Assembly (NCBI GenBank): GCA_964016885.1
Contig: OZ024744.1
Location: 22,754,001 to 22,818,000, forward strand
Direction of reading: 5' to 3'
Source: Eledone cirrhosa
Lineage: Eukaryota
Length of the DNA stretch: 64,000 bases
Made by a program: the position numbers and the translations under genes. The notes under the pieces are model-generated. The model was not told the DNA's origin. It made no database searches and saw only the letters and a list, made by a program, of their open reading frames with translations. This document shows, piece after piece, positions 29,546-42,400 of this stretch (within the stretch, counting starts at the first letter, position 1; each line of letters begins with the position of its first letter).

Positions 29546-30140
29546 TGGTGGCTGCCAACTCGTTTTCGAGTACGGACACTACTTTATATCCATGTAGGAG
29601 AACCCCTACCGTTGCGCTGAACGAGTGTGACTTTATAGTCCAGCCAGCGACTTGAAAACTCTGGTACAAACACTACACTTGTGACAATTATTGACACATA
29701 GTGCTGGGCCCATGGTACCATGTGACGACAAGTGCAGAGAGATCTCCAGATATAAAGCAATGCCTGTGCCGTGAAGCTTTTATAGTGAGCAAAGGCACTG
29801 CACAAAGCCAGTCCCACTCTCTTAACCAAGATGATATTTACCAAAAAGAAGAACAAGTCAACATCATTGGATACCATCAGGGTTGCAGGTGTTATATCAG
29901 AGTTTTCCTTCTCCTAGAATTCTGCCTTGACAAAGGCTAAGGGATCATCTCTCCCGGTGATTTTGGATGGCCATTGATTCTTAAGAGCTCCTTTGCCCTT
30001 TGACAGGTTTTGTTCTTAGTCCTGCAGGATGTCCAAAGTCACCCTCCTCACCAAGAAACCTTGGTGGGGTTGCCAGTTTAGTCGCCAACAACCCGACCAT
30101 GAGACAGGTTGTACTGGGATACATGTTACCAGTAGCACCA
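29545..30140 (-). mobile_element. Non-autonomous ~600-bp RTE-derived retroelement, family A copy 1
   Basis: Closely similar to 45964-46338 and 50151-50764. RTE 5'UTR-type motif TTAGCCTT..GGCA..TCTAGGAGAAGGAAAACTCTGA on the minus strand. 3' stem-loop followed by a microsatellite tail. Confidence 0.75.
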
Positions 30141-30272
30141 TATGTTACCATATACATACATATATACATATATACATACATATAAATATATATATACAAT
30201 GTATACACTTTGAAATAGCATCGTGTGTTCATATTGGTGCCACCTCCAGTAATCAATAATAACATATATACA

Positions 30273-30466
30273 TAGGCAGAATTGGTAGAGTGTCGGACAC
30301 CATGCTTTATAGCATAGAGTTATGGCCCTTTGTGTGCTGAGTTCAAATCATGCCGAGGTTAGCTTGGCCTTACAAGGTCGATAAAATAAAACACCGTGGG
30401 GTCGATTTAATCGATTTTCCCCTCCCATTCAAATTGCTGGCCTTGTGCCTAAAGTAGAAACAATTA
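30273..30466 (+). mobile_element. Octopus-type tRNA-derived SINE (Nin/Deu-like domain)
   Basis: GGCAGAATTGGTAGAG head, GAGTTCAAATC B-box, GGTCGATAAAATAAA. Related to the copies at 33671 and 34053. Confidence 0.75.
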
Positions 30467-30476
30467 TATGTATATA

Positions 30477-31310
30477 TCTAATATATATTTGTGAAATGGG
30501 TGGTGGTTGAAATTCAGATGTGCACGGTTAAATGGTAGTAGACGTGGTCGGACTGAGATGAAAATTTACACACCTATGTGAAAAGTGCCAAGGAAGCAAA
30601 TAGACGAGGTTTCAAATCTCTAACTTGAAAAATGTGGTTCCTAGGGCCCCCAAACGGTCTATTTACTATCGCGTTCGGTGAGTTATTTCCCCGTTCTAAT
30701 ACATGGATGAGTTATTTACAATTTCACGTTCTTTCGCTGTTAATATACAGTACCAATTATTGAGAGTTTATTATAAAGAAGCAGTTTCTGGAAAAAAAAT
30801 AGAAATATGCACTTGGGGCTGGACAGCGTACAAATGAGAATTGGAGCGACGTGAAAAGCGTTGTTTATTAACAGCGAAATAGCAATGTCGAAGATATGCA
30901 AGTTTGAAAATTCAGATTAATAAACTGTTGCCTTCAACAGTACGTTTCATTTTCACTGTACCGTTTTATGAAATCGATTCTGCAGTACGGTCACTGTTTT
31001 CCATCAAAAGAAATAAAACCCTTAAATTGCGTAGAAGGTACGCGTGTTTTTATTTTAATTCTAATACATGTTAACCACCACTAACAGTAAGTAGCATTTT
31101 TCAAATTGCATATCATCGACATTGCTATTTCGCTGTTAATAAACAACGCTTTTCACGTCACTCCACTTCTCATTGTACGCCGTCCAGCCCCAAGTGTATA
31201 TTTCTATTTTTTTGCCTGAAACTGCTTCTTTATAATAAACTTTCAATAATATTTTTCAAATTATTAACTTAATAAAAAGTGGCCCAGAGTGCAACCGGGC
31301 TCAGCTGCTA

Positions 31311-31311
<1 letters not shown>
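30477..31311 (+). mobile_element. Non-autonomous Helitron
   Basis: 5' A|TCTAATATATA. 3' GC-rich hairpin GCCC..GGGC followed by CTAG|T. Inserted between A and T with no TSD. Confidence 0.8.
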
Positions 31312-31371
<60 letters not shown>

Positions 31372-31706
31372 ATTATGATCAATTCCTTAAATATCAGTCA
31401 GATTGTCTTCCAAATGCCTAGGCCAACAGGAATGCTAGAAATAACTCAACGTTATGTCCTTATGTCAGCTCTAATTAATTAAAATTCTTTCTAAAAAAAT
31501 AACTTTTGGAGCGATAATAAAATTGTATATATATATATAATAAAATTATATATATATATATAATAAAATTATATATATATATATATATATATATTATAAA
31601 ATTATATATATATATATATATATATAATTTTATTATTGCCCCTAAAGTAATTTACCTTTTCTACAGAATTACCTAAGGTATATATGTATGTGTGTGTATA
31701 TATATA

Positions 31707-31804
<98 letters not shown>

Positions 31805-32178
31805 TAGAATTGGAGCTCTGAAATAGCAATATATATATGGATGTATATATAATGTATTTTGCAATACACTTTATGCTTAATTAAAAGCATTTTGAAGACC
31901 GTATGCTATTGTTTTAGCGTAGTGACAAATTCACTTACTTTAATCTCAGCAAACAGGGGAGATAAGCCGACAAGGCCTTGTTTCGCTTTTGTTGAAGCTT
32001 ATCAAGGCTAACTACTCCGACCTGTCTACCGAGATTACTGATGTTATATTCTTATAGAATTCTAGTAAATAATCAGGAGCTGATTATACAGAGCGGTTGT
32101 TGGTCAGGCACAAATTAAAAATTAGAATTGGAGCTCTGAAATAGCAATATATATATGGATGTATATATAATGTATTTT
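31805..32178 (-). mobile_element. Hammerhead-bearing non-coding element (retrozyme/Penelope pLTR-like), 318-bp unit plus 56-bp repeat
   Basis: Direct repeat 31805-31860 / 32123-32178. Homologous to 60617-60933 and 61703-61775. Confidence 0.75.
31963..32010 (-). ncRNA. Type I hammerhead ribozyme with mutated core
   Basis: AGCC-TTGATAA-GCTT caacaa AAGC-GAAA-CAAGGCCTTG-TC-GGCT. Stems intact, but core CUGANGA is altered to UUGAUAA. Confidence 0.7.
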
Positions 32179-32179
32179 A

Positions 32180-32180
32180 T

Positions 32181-32250
<70 letters not shown>
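32180..32250. repeat. (TAGA)n microsatellite
   Basis: Direct reading. Confidence 0.95.
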
Positions 32251-32465
32251 TGTAAGCTATCGCCGTATTTTGACTATAGAAATTAAAGAAATTATTTAGC
32301 CTGGTAGTGGGGTTAAGAACCCTCGGAGAAATGGAAAAAGATGAGTATTGACGTACATGTACGTCAATACTCATCTTTTTCCATTTCTCCGAGGGTTCTT
32401 AACCCCACTACCAGGCTAAATAATTTCTTTAATTTCTATAGTCAAAATACGGCGATAGCTTACAT
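32250..32465. repeat. 216-bp perfect spacerless palindrome
   Basis: Centre GTACA|TGTAC at 32357/32358. Identical ORFs on both strands (32180..32374 - and 32341..32526 +). Confidence 0.95.
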
Positions 32466-33074
32466 TTATAATAATTTCAAACCCGCCCGCTGTTTCGAAA
32501 ACATTCTTACATATATATATATATAGCTAGTTGGTTAGTGATAATATATTACTATAAGTGACATCTGTTTGAGCAATCTATACTTTGAGATGAACTAGAT
32601 ATTCAGTATTAAAAGTGTGTCTTAACACTGACATCTTTTTGTTAATGCTATCCAGAGTTTTTATATTAAGAACAAGAAATCGAAGTTTTTGCTTCACATA
32701 TTTTATTCGATATATAATGTATAACAGGTGTTTCGCAAATGACCATCTCGGAACCTTAATCGATAACAATAAGCTTCGTCTCTTGGATCGATATGCTCAT
32801 CAACCGCAGTGGAAATCAGAATCAGAATAGGTTCATCTCTAAGTTGAATTGATTAAAGCGATTAGCTGATTATTTGTGAACTTAAAACACGTGTTATGCG
32901 TGATTATAAAAAGTATGTTTAACTGAGAGTTCGATCTCTCATTATTAATATATATGCATATGTAAGTGTGTGTTTAATGCGTGTATATATTTATATATAT
33001 ATGGAAATACACGCACACGAACACACACACACGTACACACACACACCACACACACATATATATATATATATATA

Positions 33075-33439
33075 TAGTAGTTCCTCGGTTTTCGCGGGAG
33101 TTACGTTACTAGAGCATCCTGGAAGAGTGAAAAACCGCGAACATTGGACGTTGTCCATAAAAATGCCTATAAACGTCCAAATATAACGTAAAAGATAATT
33201 TTAAAAAATGGGAGCCTCTTATGCGAAGGGGCGCCCAATATGCCAGCAAACACGGTATATTGTTATTAATAATTTAGCATTAAGAAAATGTATATTACAA
33301 CGACAAAAGTCATTAAAAAATCGCGGAAGATATTTACGATTCCGTGAATATGCGGTGGTTTCCACAAACAATTATTATTTCTATTGAAAATTCCGCGAAT
33401 AACCGGGACCGTAAATGACGGTAGAGGGCGGGTACACTA
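33075..33439. mobile_element. Tc1/mariner-pogo (Tigger-like) MITE, decayed
   Basis: Ends TAGTAGTTCCTCGGTTTTCGCGGG ... GGCGGGTACACTA, in TA context. Repeated CCGCGAA subterminal motifs. Confidence 0.6.
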
Positions 33440-33454
33440 TATATATATATATAT

Positions 33455-33570
33455 TATTAAAATAACAGATTAAAATTTCGCTGCTTTCACCCTCACCTGA
33501 GTTTCAGAAGATCCCGTTAAGGGTGAAAGCAGCGATTCTTTGCTTAAACTTTAATCTGTTATTTTAATAA
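33455..33570. mobile_element. Fold-back fragment of a dispersed repeat next to (TA)n (related to 61783-61850)
   Basis: Inverted arms TATTAAAATAACAGATTAAA and TCGCTGCTTTCACCCT. Confidence 0.6.
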
Positions 33571-33670
33571 ATATTTTTCCTACGGTTTTTATATATTTTT
33601 ATATCTATATTATCCTTGTCGAGCTCTCTTCGGATTTTAGTCTTCACATTTATTATTATTACTATATCCT

Positions 33671-33867
33671 GGGCAGTGGATTGGCAGTATCGGTAGAGGG
33701 TCGGACACCATGCTTTGCAGCATAGAGTTACGGCTTTTTATGATCTGAGTTCAAATTCCGTTGAGGTTAACTTTGCTTTCATCCGTACGGAGGTCGATAA
33801 AATAAAGTACCAGTAATGTACTGGGTAATTGCTGGCCTTGTGCCAATAGTAGAAACCATTATTATTA
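33671..33867 (+). mobile_element. Octopus-type tRNA-derived SINE
   Basis: A-box-like TGGCAGTATCGG, B-box GAGTTCAAATTCC, Nin-like CTTTCATCC..GGTCGATAAAATAAAGTACCAGT, (ATT)n tail. Confidence 0.8.
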
Positions 33868-34052
33868 CTATATATATATGTGTGACAAGTAAAAGTCATA
33901 AAACACATTAAATATTTTAGAATCAACTGAAGTACCGAAGTAGAATATGAAACCAAAACAGTTATCTTTCTTCGACTCTGTTGTTATTTTTAGGGAACGA
34001 TAAGCGGTGACCCTGTTTATTTTTTTCAAAAGATGAGACATAATAAGTTGTT

Positions 34053-34250
34053 AAGAGTTGGTAGAGCGTCCGATAAAATGTTTAACAATATTTGTTGCGG
34101 CTCCTTAAGTTCTGAGTTGAAATCCCGCTGAAGGCACTTTTGTCTTCCATCCTTCCATGGTCGATAAAATAAAGTACCAGTTAAGTACTGGGATCGATAT
34201 AATCGATTTTACCCTTTCCCGAACTACTGGCCTTGTGCCAATGTTTAAAA
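34053..34250 (+). mobile_element. Octopus-type tRNA-derived SINE
   Basis: Same family motifs as the copy at 33671. Confidence 0.75.
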
Positions 34251-35139
34251 TATGGGGGGGGGGGGCAATATTTTGTAACCATAACCGATTGTGATTTTGT
34301 TTCGATTACATCACATGACAGTCCTATAGATCCAATGTCTTTCCCTTTTTTTGTGAAAGAGTGTAAGTTGTGACATGAGGGGAAATTGTTTTCTGTTACT
34401 AGCGGGTTGAGTGTCCACGTAGTGGTTTCCTAGTTAATTAAACATTTGTTTGATTATACAAAAGTGTGTATTTGTAATTCATTGCCTTGGTAAGGCAATA
34501 ATACATTCACAATATATGTAGTCCTAATCATTTGTATTCCAATATCGTCAAAGCTGCACCTTTAACGGACATTAGGATCTATTCGCACCGGTCACCGTAT
34601 AGACTTCAAGCGTACTTGGACACCGTACTGTCGAGCTCCTCCAAAGTATCGGAACGTCGGAGGCCCGTCTGAGGGAGGAGCCCCGCGAAGTGGGGGTGGC
34701 TGCTGCAGCGGGGATTGTGGGAATGCTTTTGCGGTCTTGCTCCTTTACCATGCGCACTAGGCCCAGAAGACAATCACCCTCACCCTCCCACCTCCCCATT
34801 CTTCTGTGACACTAGAGTCCTTACTCTGCCCTCTCCTTTTCCGGATTTCTTTTTCTTTTTACTTAATATTTTCCTATTTTACATTCCATTCCTCTCGAAC
34901 TATATTTTCTTTGTTTCTTATTCTACTAAACTGTATTTACCTGATACATTGGTCGACCGGTACGAAGAAGTAGCAGCCAGACCTTGCTGTTCAAGGATCG
35001 ATCCCATTGTATGGCGTCTCCAGCAAAGTGTATGTTACGGCAACCTGGGCATGGCTCGGTTCTTGGGATTGTCTGGAAGTCCACATAATGGACCGTACAT
35101 GAAATTTAAGAGACGAGGAACAACCAGTCGTAAAAGCCA

Positions 35140-36180
35140 AACTCGCTATCTTCAATTCGGTTTTCGAGCCAACTCTTACTTATGGCCATGAATCTTGGGT
35201 AAATGACCGAAAGAATACGATCGTGAATACAAGCGGCCTAAATGGGATTCCTCCGAAGGGTCTTTGGAGTAACATTACTCAATAGAATGTGTACCTCAAA
35301 GATCAGAGAGTCATTCCAGGTAGAGCTGTTACTTCTCCGAATTGAGAGATCACAGCTCCGATACTATGGACATGTGGTTAGAATGTCTCAGATCACAGCT
35401 CTGATACTATGGACATGTGGTTAGAATGTCTCAGATCACAGCTCCAATACTATGGACATGTGGTTAGAATGTCTCAGATCACAGCTCTGATACTATGGAC
35501 ATGTGGTTAGAATGTCTCAGATCACAGCTCCAATACTATGGACATGTGGTTAGAATGTCTCAGATCACAGCTCTGATACTATCGACATGTGGTTAGATTG
35601 TCTCAGATCACAGCTCTGATACTATGGACATGTGGTTAGAATGTCTCAGATCACAGCTCTGATACTATGGACATGTGGTTAGAATGTCTCAGATCACAGC
35701 TCCAATACTATGGACATGTGGTTAGAATGTCTCAGATCACAGCTCTGATACTATGGACATGTGGTTAGAATGTCTCAGATCACAGCTCCAATACTATGGA
35801 CATGTGGTTAGAATGTCTCAGATCACAGCTCTGATACTATGGACATGTGGTTAGAATGTCTCAGATCACAGCTCTGATACTATGGACATGTGGTTAGAAT
35901 GTCTCAGATCACAGCTCCAATACTATGAACATGTGGTTAGAATGTCTCAGATCACAGCTCTGATACTATGGACATGTGGTTAGAATGTCTCAGATCACAG
36001 CTCTGATACTATGGACATGTGGTTAGAATGTCTCAGGAAAGAATCACTGGACAGATTTTACAGGCAGGAGACCCAGAGGTAGATCCCGAGCAAGATGGTT
36101 GGATAATATCCATGAGATGGGCTGGTCACGCTTGGCGATCCGACCGGATCATTTGGAGACGGTTGCTTCTGACAGGAATA
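35140..36180 (+). mobile_element. RTE-clade (Expander/Rex3-like) LINE 3' fragment
   Basis: MGFLRRVFGVTLLNR..LLLRIERSQLRYYGHVVRM..ERI. Homologous to 49480-49840. Confidence 0.8.
35347..36034 (+). repeat. 43-bp minisatellite, 16 copies, inside the RTE fragment
   Basis: Unit AGATCACAGCTCTGATACTATGGACATGTGGTTAGAATGTCTC. 688 bp = 16x43. Confidence 0.95.
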
Positions 36181-36477
36181 AGGGAGCAAAGAAGAAGGAC
36201 CAACCTTATGTCAAGGTGATTCTGTTTGAAGATTATATTAAAAGTACACGTGTCTGTGTCATATTTAAACACTTACATATTCATTTAATGTCTAGCTTGC
36301 TGTTCAGTTGGTTGATCAACTGGTGCACTGATCGTCGAAAGTGGTGGAGTTCCATTTATCCTTTCATACATCTAGTCGTAAATAAGTCATCCGTGGGTGG
36401 ACTTGTATGCTGGTAGCTATGAGGAAAACTAATTAATTATATGTTGTTCCAAACTGTATAAATTCTCGTTTTCTAAT

Positions 36478-36545
36478 ATAAATCTCGTTTTCTAATGTAA
36501 AAATCACGTTTTCTTATGTAAATATTTCGTTTTCTAATGTAAAAG
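36478..36545. repeat. ~20-bp tandem repeat (TAAAATCTCGTTTTCTAATG), about 4 copies
   Basis: Direct reading. Confidence 0.75.
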
Positions 36546-37233
36546 AAAGTAATGTTGAGGTTTCCTATATTTTCTAAGACTATAGTGATGTGGTGGCTTC
36601 AACACATGTCCCTTGATAAGTATATGGCAGCGTTATGTGCCATGTTGTTGTTATCATTGTTGCTACTTCAAGTCATCTCTGATTATGCAGGCTCACTATC
36701 AAGTCATTCCAGACGTGATCAGACCATTAAAAAAAAAAATGTTATTTTTATTTTTCCATTTTCTACCCCCCACCCTGAGCACAGTGTACTTGCACTCCGA
36801 ATTAACACCCTACGCCATTCTTTGTTTGATTTTTTTTTTGTTTTTGTTTTTGTTTTTTATTGTTTTAAACAGTGGTGTGTAAATTTAGGAGTAGGTTTTG
36901 CTGCTATTTCTAGCAAGTCTAGCGACCACATAGAACCTTACTACCCTGTTTGGTTCGTTCGTAAGTTGACGTGTAATGAAGTGAAGTGAAATGGGTTACA
37001 AGTAGAAAAGCAACACCAACAACAGCAACAACAACTAATAAAGTAAGAAACAAACAAAACAAGAAAACGGGTCGCAGACTCGATTCGCCCAGAAATTTAT
37101 TTATTTCCATTTTTTTATTTCTTTAATTCTTTCTTTTCTTTCTTTTTTTTATATATTTATTGCAACTTAAAAAAAAAATGTTTTTCCTTCTACTGTTGCT
37201 GTTTAGTAAGTCAGGAGGACAGCTTCGTTGGGA

Positions 37234-38245
37234 CATCATCACCACCACCAACATATTGGCCGTCACAGTCACCACTACCACCACCAGCCCCACAACCACC
37301 ACCAACATATTGGCTGTCACAGCCACCACCACCACACCCACCATCACCATCACCACCACCAACATATTGGCTGTGACAGCCAGCACTACCACCACCACCA
37401 CCACCACCACAAACATCAGCAGCTCTGGATTTCGGGAATGTTTCAAGAAGTGTAACTGTAGTAGTTTAGTTATCTGAGCTGTGTCTAGCAAGTGGACAGA
37501 AGGGTGTGTTCCTTTGCTACTGGCTACAGATAACCGATTACTACATATAACTACATCACCAACAACAACACCACCACCACCAACACCAACAACACCACCA
37601 CCACCAGCAGCAGCACCACCACCACCATCACCACCACAACCAATCCCACCACCAGCACCACCAACACCAACACCACAGCCACCACCACCACTCCCACCAC
37701 AACACCACCACCCCATCATCACCACGTTCACCATCACCACCACCAGTATCACCAACACCACCACCCCCACCCCCACCACACCATCACCACCACCACCACC
37801 AAAACCACCACCACCACACCACCCCACCACCACCACCATCACCACCCCATCACCACCACCACCATTATCACCACCACCACCACCACTATCAACAACAACA
37901 ACAACAACAACAACAACAACTTTGACAAGATGCAAGTTAAGAGTTGCAGTTGCGGTGAAAGAGGTGGAGGAGGTGGTAGTTGTTGTTGTGGTGGTGGTGG
38001 TGATGGCAGTGACGATGGCGATAATGATGTTGATGGTAATGGCAGTGGTGATAATGGTGATGTAGTTGGTGGCGAAGGTGGTCAATGATGGCGGTGGTGG
38101 CAATTTCTTCTTCTCCTATTTCTTCTTATTCAACTTCTTCTTCTCCTCCTTCTGTTTCTTCTTTTCCTTCTCCTACTTCTTCTTCTTCTTCTTCTTCTTC
38201 TCATACTTCTCCTTCTTCTTCTACTACTCCTTCTTCTTCTTCTTC

Positions 38246-38277
<32 letters not shown>

Positions 38278-38710
38278 CTTCTTCTTCTTCTTCTTCTTCT
38301 TCTTCTTCTTCTTCTTCTTCTCATACTTCACCTTCTTCTTCTACTTCTCCTTCTTCTTCTACTACTCCTCCTTCTTCTACTTCTACTTCTTCTCCTCCTT
38401 CTACATCCTTTCTAAGTTTTTATCTTCAAATAACCCACAATTCTTAAAGGAAGCTGTGCGATAAATGGCCAGGGAAGTAAAACACACACACACTCACATA
38501 CACACACATACACTCACATACACACACACTCACATACACTCACATACACACACACGTACACACACAGACCTTACAGAAATCAACTTAAGATCAAAATATA
38601 CACAAACACGCACACATAATTAATAACACACTGACACCGACAGACAGACAGACAGATGGACAGACAGACACATAGACAGACAGACAGATAGACAGATAGA
38701 TGGACAGACA
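37234..38710. repeat. Compound microsatellites (ACC)n, (GGT)n, (CTT)n, (CA)n, (GACA)n, with three CCAACATATTGGCTGTCACAGCC units at 37248-37385
   Basis: Direct reading. Confidence 0.9.
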
Positions 38711-38995
38711 TATTTCTGTTTATTTGCCACTAGGGCACAAAAGAAAAGGACATGTACATGGGGGGGGGGGGGAATTTACATATAAATCGAGTAAGAAAAA
38801 TGTAATAAATAAAATTGTAACAAGAAGGTCCTCAATAAGGAGGGATCGTTTTGGGGTAACACACACCCCTGAAAAAAAAATGTGCGACCTTTCTCCACGG
38901 GAGCACAAAGAGAGGGTGCTCCCTTCTTCCTTTTCCACCTACAGGCTGAGGTAGAGAGAAGGCCCATTCACACGGGCCATTCTCGCAACTTTCAC

Positions 38996-41900
38996 TCACC
39001 TTTCATAAAACTGGCTGGAGTGGAGCACCTCTCTCTCCATCCTGATCCTTCTCCCGAAATGGTATCGGAAAAAAAGGACCAGTTGTTGGTCGGAAAGAAA
39101 GGTGTCCGACCTCAGCCTTTTTAGACGCGTCCACCATATAACCTCTTTTACCATGGCTATTACACAGAGGAAGACCGCCTCTCCTTCATTTTTGAAGGGG
39201 GGAGGCGGCTTGATCGTTACAATAGACTCGGTGGTCAACCTAATTGGTCCCACCCGTGACAGCAGTTGTTCGACATAGCCCCACAGATCGGTAACGCCCG
39301 GGCAGTGCACCAATGCGTGCGCGATGGTTTCCTCGTCGCGCACGCATTTGGGACAAATCTTTTTCGAGGAGTCCCTACCCGGGCGCCCGTGTCTGTAGAG
39401 CTTATCCCGAACGGGCAGAGCCCCTCGGTAGCACTGCCAGGCCAAGGACTTCTGGAAGTTGTCCATAGGTCCCGGGCCGAAAGTCCTACCGAATAGACTG
39501 GCCAGTTCGTCCTCCATGCCTAGGATTTCTCCGAGGGCGTCGTCGCACCTGCTAACCACCAGCCCTCTATAGAATGACGAGGTGGAGTCTCAACCGATAA
39601 CCGGGTCCGCCTGCCAGAGAGCCGTGAGCGCCTGGGCATACTCGGTGTGCCAGTCGCCCAGTTTTATCGGTCTTTGCTTCACCCAGGACTGAAGCTCGGT
39701 GAGCGAGACGAGCTTCGGGAAGGCTCGCCTCACAAACGGGGCCCACACCGGTTGACCGGTGAGGAATACCTGGAGGTGCCTTAGCCTCAATGCGTGTTTA
39801 CGCATTTTTAGCCACGGCATCCCCAGCCCTCCTTTCAAAGGGTGTTGACAGCAGATGGATCTCCTCACCAGAGGAGAGCTCTTCTTCCAAAGGAAATAAA
39901 AGAGAGCGCGCTCCATTTTGGCGAGGATCTCACCCGGGCAAGGCACGACAGTCAAGCGGTAATAGATGACGGACGCTATGTAAGCGTTCGCCACCTCCGC
40001 CCGACCTTTCAGGGATAGTTTGTACTCGGCCCACTTCTGGGTCAGTGCAAACACCCTGTTCGTCACCTCACCCCACTTTTTCTCCACCTGGAGGTCCGGC
40101 CGAACCAGACCCCAAGCAACTTCACCGGGCCCTCCGTCCACCGTCCGACGATACCGTCGGACGACATCGCTTTGCCCCTCCACTCGCCGAGTTGCAAAGC
40201 GACTGACTTGTCCCGGTTCAGTTTAGCCCCTGTCAACCTTTCGTACTCCTCCAGTGAGGTGCCGATTGCCTCGATTTACGCGGTGGTCGACACCATTACT
40301 GTTACGTCATCGGTGAAGGCCGACACCGCTTTGCGCAATCCCGGTTCCAAAGGGATGCCCTGCAACAACTCCAACTTCCGCAGTAGTGGCTCGAGAGCCA
40401 ATACATACAGAAGGGAGGAGAGAGGGCACCCCTGTCGGAGGGAGCGGGTGATTTCGAAAGGCTCCGAGAGGTAGCCGTTCACCTTGACTCTAGAGCAGAT
40501 GCGGCTGCTGTGCATGGCAGTGATCCAGCCCCTGAAAACGGGTCCGAACCAAGCCGCCGCGAGCACCGCATCCAGGTAACCATGGTCCACCCTATCGAAC
40601 GCTTTAGACTGATCTAAATTTATCAGGGCCCCACCAAAGCCGGGTTCGTTCCCAACCCTCTCTATGATGTATCGCATGAGGTGGGGGTTGTCGTGGATGG
40701 ACCTGGACGGGATAGCGCATGTCTGCGCATCTCCCACCAGGCCCCCCACGACAAGCGCCAACCTCTTCGCTAACACCTTGGCCAAAATCTTTAACTCTGC
40801 ATTTAGCAGAGTTATGGGCCTAAAATTACTAATGTCATCCCCCTTGTTCTCGTCTTTCCTCACTAGAGAGACTACGCCCTTGGTCACAGAACAGGGAATT
40901 CTCCCGTTCTGTTGCCAGTTGCAGTAGACCGCCTCGAGGAGATCGGGAACAAGTCCGGCATATTAATATATAGTTCGCAGGGCAGACCATCGAGCCCTGG
41001 AGATTTGCGTTTGCCGCATAGGCTCAGCACGTCCCCTATTTCAGCAGCTGAGATCGGCCCGTCGAAGGACCTCGCCTCCTTGTCCGAAAGACGCGGCAGG
41101 TCGTCGAGGTATGGACCGAAATCCACATCTCCACCCCCCCCCCCCCCCCCGCCCCTCCCGAACAATCGGGCAAAGTGCCTTTGAAAGGTCCCGCGCATTC
41201 GCTTAGGTTCAAGGATCACCCGTCCATCCTGGTCTCACAAAGACCGGATAGTGGATCTAATCCCACTTTTGGCTTCTGTCACGCGGGCCCAGCTAACAGC
41301 TTTGGTCCCCTCGTTTCCCAGAGCACGTATTTTGCTTCGGACAACGCAGCCTTCGTGTTTCGCGTCGAAGAACTGGCTCAAGGCCGTTCTCGACGCTTGC
41401 ACTCTGGCCACGTTGCCGCTTCTCATTGCCTCTTCAACATTAACTACCAACTCCCTTTCCTTCCTATTTCTATCTGAGGCTAACTCCTTACTAACTCCTA
41501 TTGAAACTACTCTAATCTCTCTTTTTAGAGAGCCCCACCACCTGTTGTTGACGATGGCGCCCGTCAACCGCTCCTTAACTAAGGTTCTAATCTGGTCCCT
41601 GTAAGCTCTACTTGCCGGTAAGGACAAGTTGAGCTTCCAGTAACCGGGTCCCTGCCTATACGTTCCATCAAGGTAGGCTACGCAGGTCACTAACTTGTGG
41701 CCTGAATAGCCCACCATGAGCATTTCTGGACAACTTAAAAAGTCCCTATCCTTAATTCTAACTAAGAACCTATCTAGGTACGATCTAGATTGACCGCTAT
41801 TATTTGACCAAGTCCAGGTTGGCACAGTCGGAAAATCTAGTCAATATCTATCGGCCAGGTCAAATCGGCCGATTAACCCCTTGAGGCTATTACACCCCCC

Positions 41901-42377
41901 TCTATAAGGACATGCCTCTACATAGTCCCAACGTGCATCTAGGATACCATTCCAGCCCCCCACTAAAAGCAAGGAGCGGGACGTCCCTAGAAAAGTCTCC
42001 AGACGATGGAAGAAGTCCGACTGCATTGCCCCAAAAGGGGCGTACATAGCGACAAGCCTAAAAGCTTCGCCTTCACCGCTGCCAAGGTCCAGAACCACGA
42101 GTCGACCCTCCGGGTCCAAGTGTACTGTCTGTGTAGCGAGACCCAGATGTTTTTGCAGCAGAACGACAACCCCGCCCCCACCTCCGGGCTGACAGAGAGA
42201 TGCGTGCATCTCAAAGTCATCAAAGGTGGGGGCTAGTTGTCGCACGCTATTGATCCGGGCCTCGCAAATAACCATCACATTTAAACATTGTGACCTGAGG
42301 TCATTTAGAAGTTTAGCTTGCTTCCAAGGTGAACCCAGGCCACGCGCATTTAGACAACTTACTCTTAACACAGCCAT
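38996..42377 (-). pseudogene. L1/Tx1 ORF2 (AP endonuclease, reverse transcriptase, CCHC), disrupted
   Basis: SCLNARGL, SYLDRFLV, KSPGLDGLP, NFRPITLLNAELKILAK, LDQSKAFDRVDH, LRQGCPLS, FTDD, CPKC..HALVHC. Split over six ORFs. Confidence 0.92.
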
Positions 42378-42400
42378 GTTGATGGTAAAGAAAGAGGCAC

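Noticed and set aside
29701-29940. Apparently conserved 79-aa ORF repeated at 46144 and 50311
   Set aside because: The similarity comes from a dispersed repeat, and the ORF is antisense to the inferred element orientation.
33505-33535. Hammerhead-like CAGAAGA-TCCC..GGGT-GAAA (also at ~61815-61848)
   Set aside because: Both copies lack the CUGA core and no stem I/III can be formed.
33671-33760. tRNA gene
   Set aside because: The A/B boxes belong to a SINE head and no cloverleaf can be formed.
37123-38464. Extensin-, mucin- or SR-like ORFs
   Set aside because: They are compound microsatellites. The short unique middle segment matches no domain I recognise.
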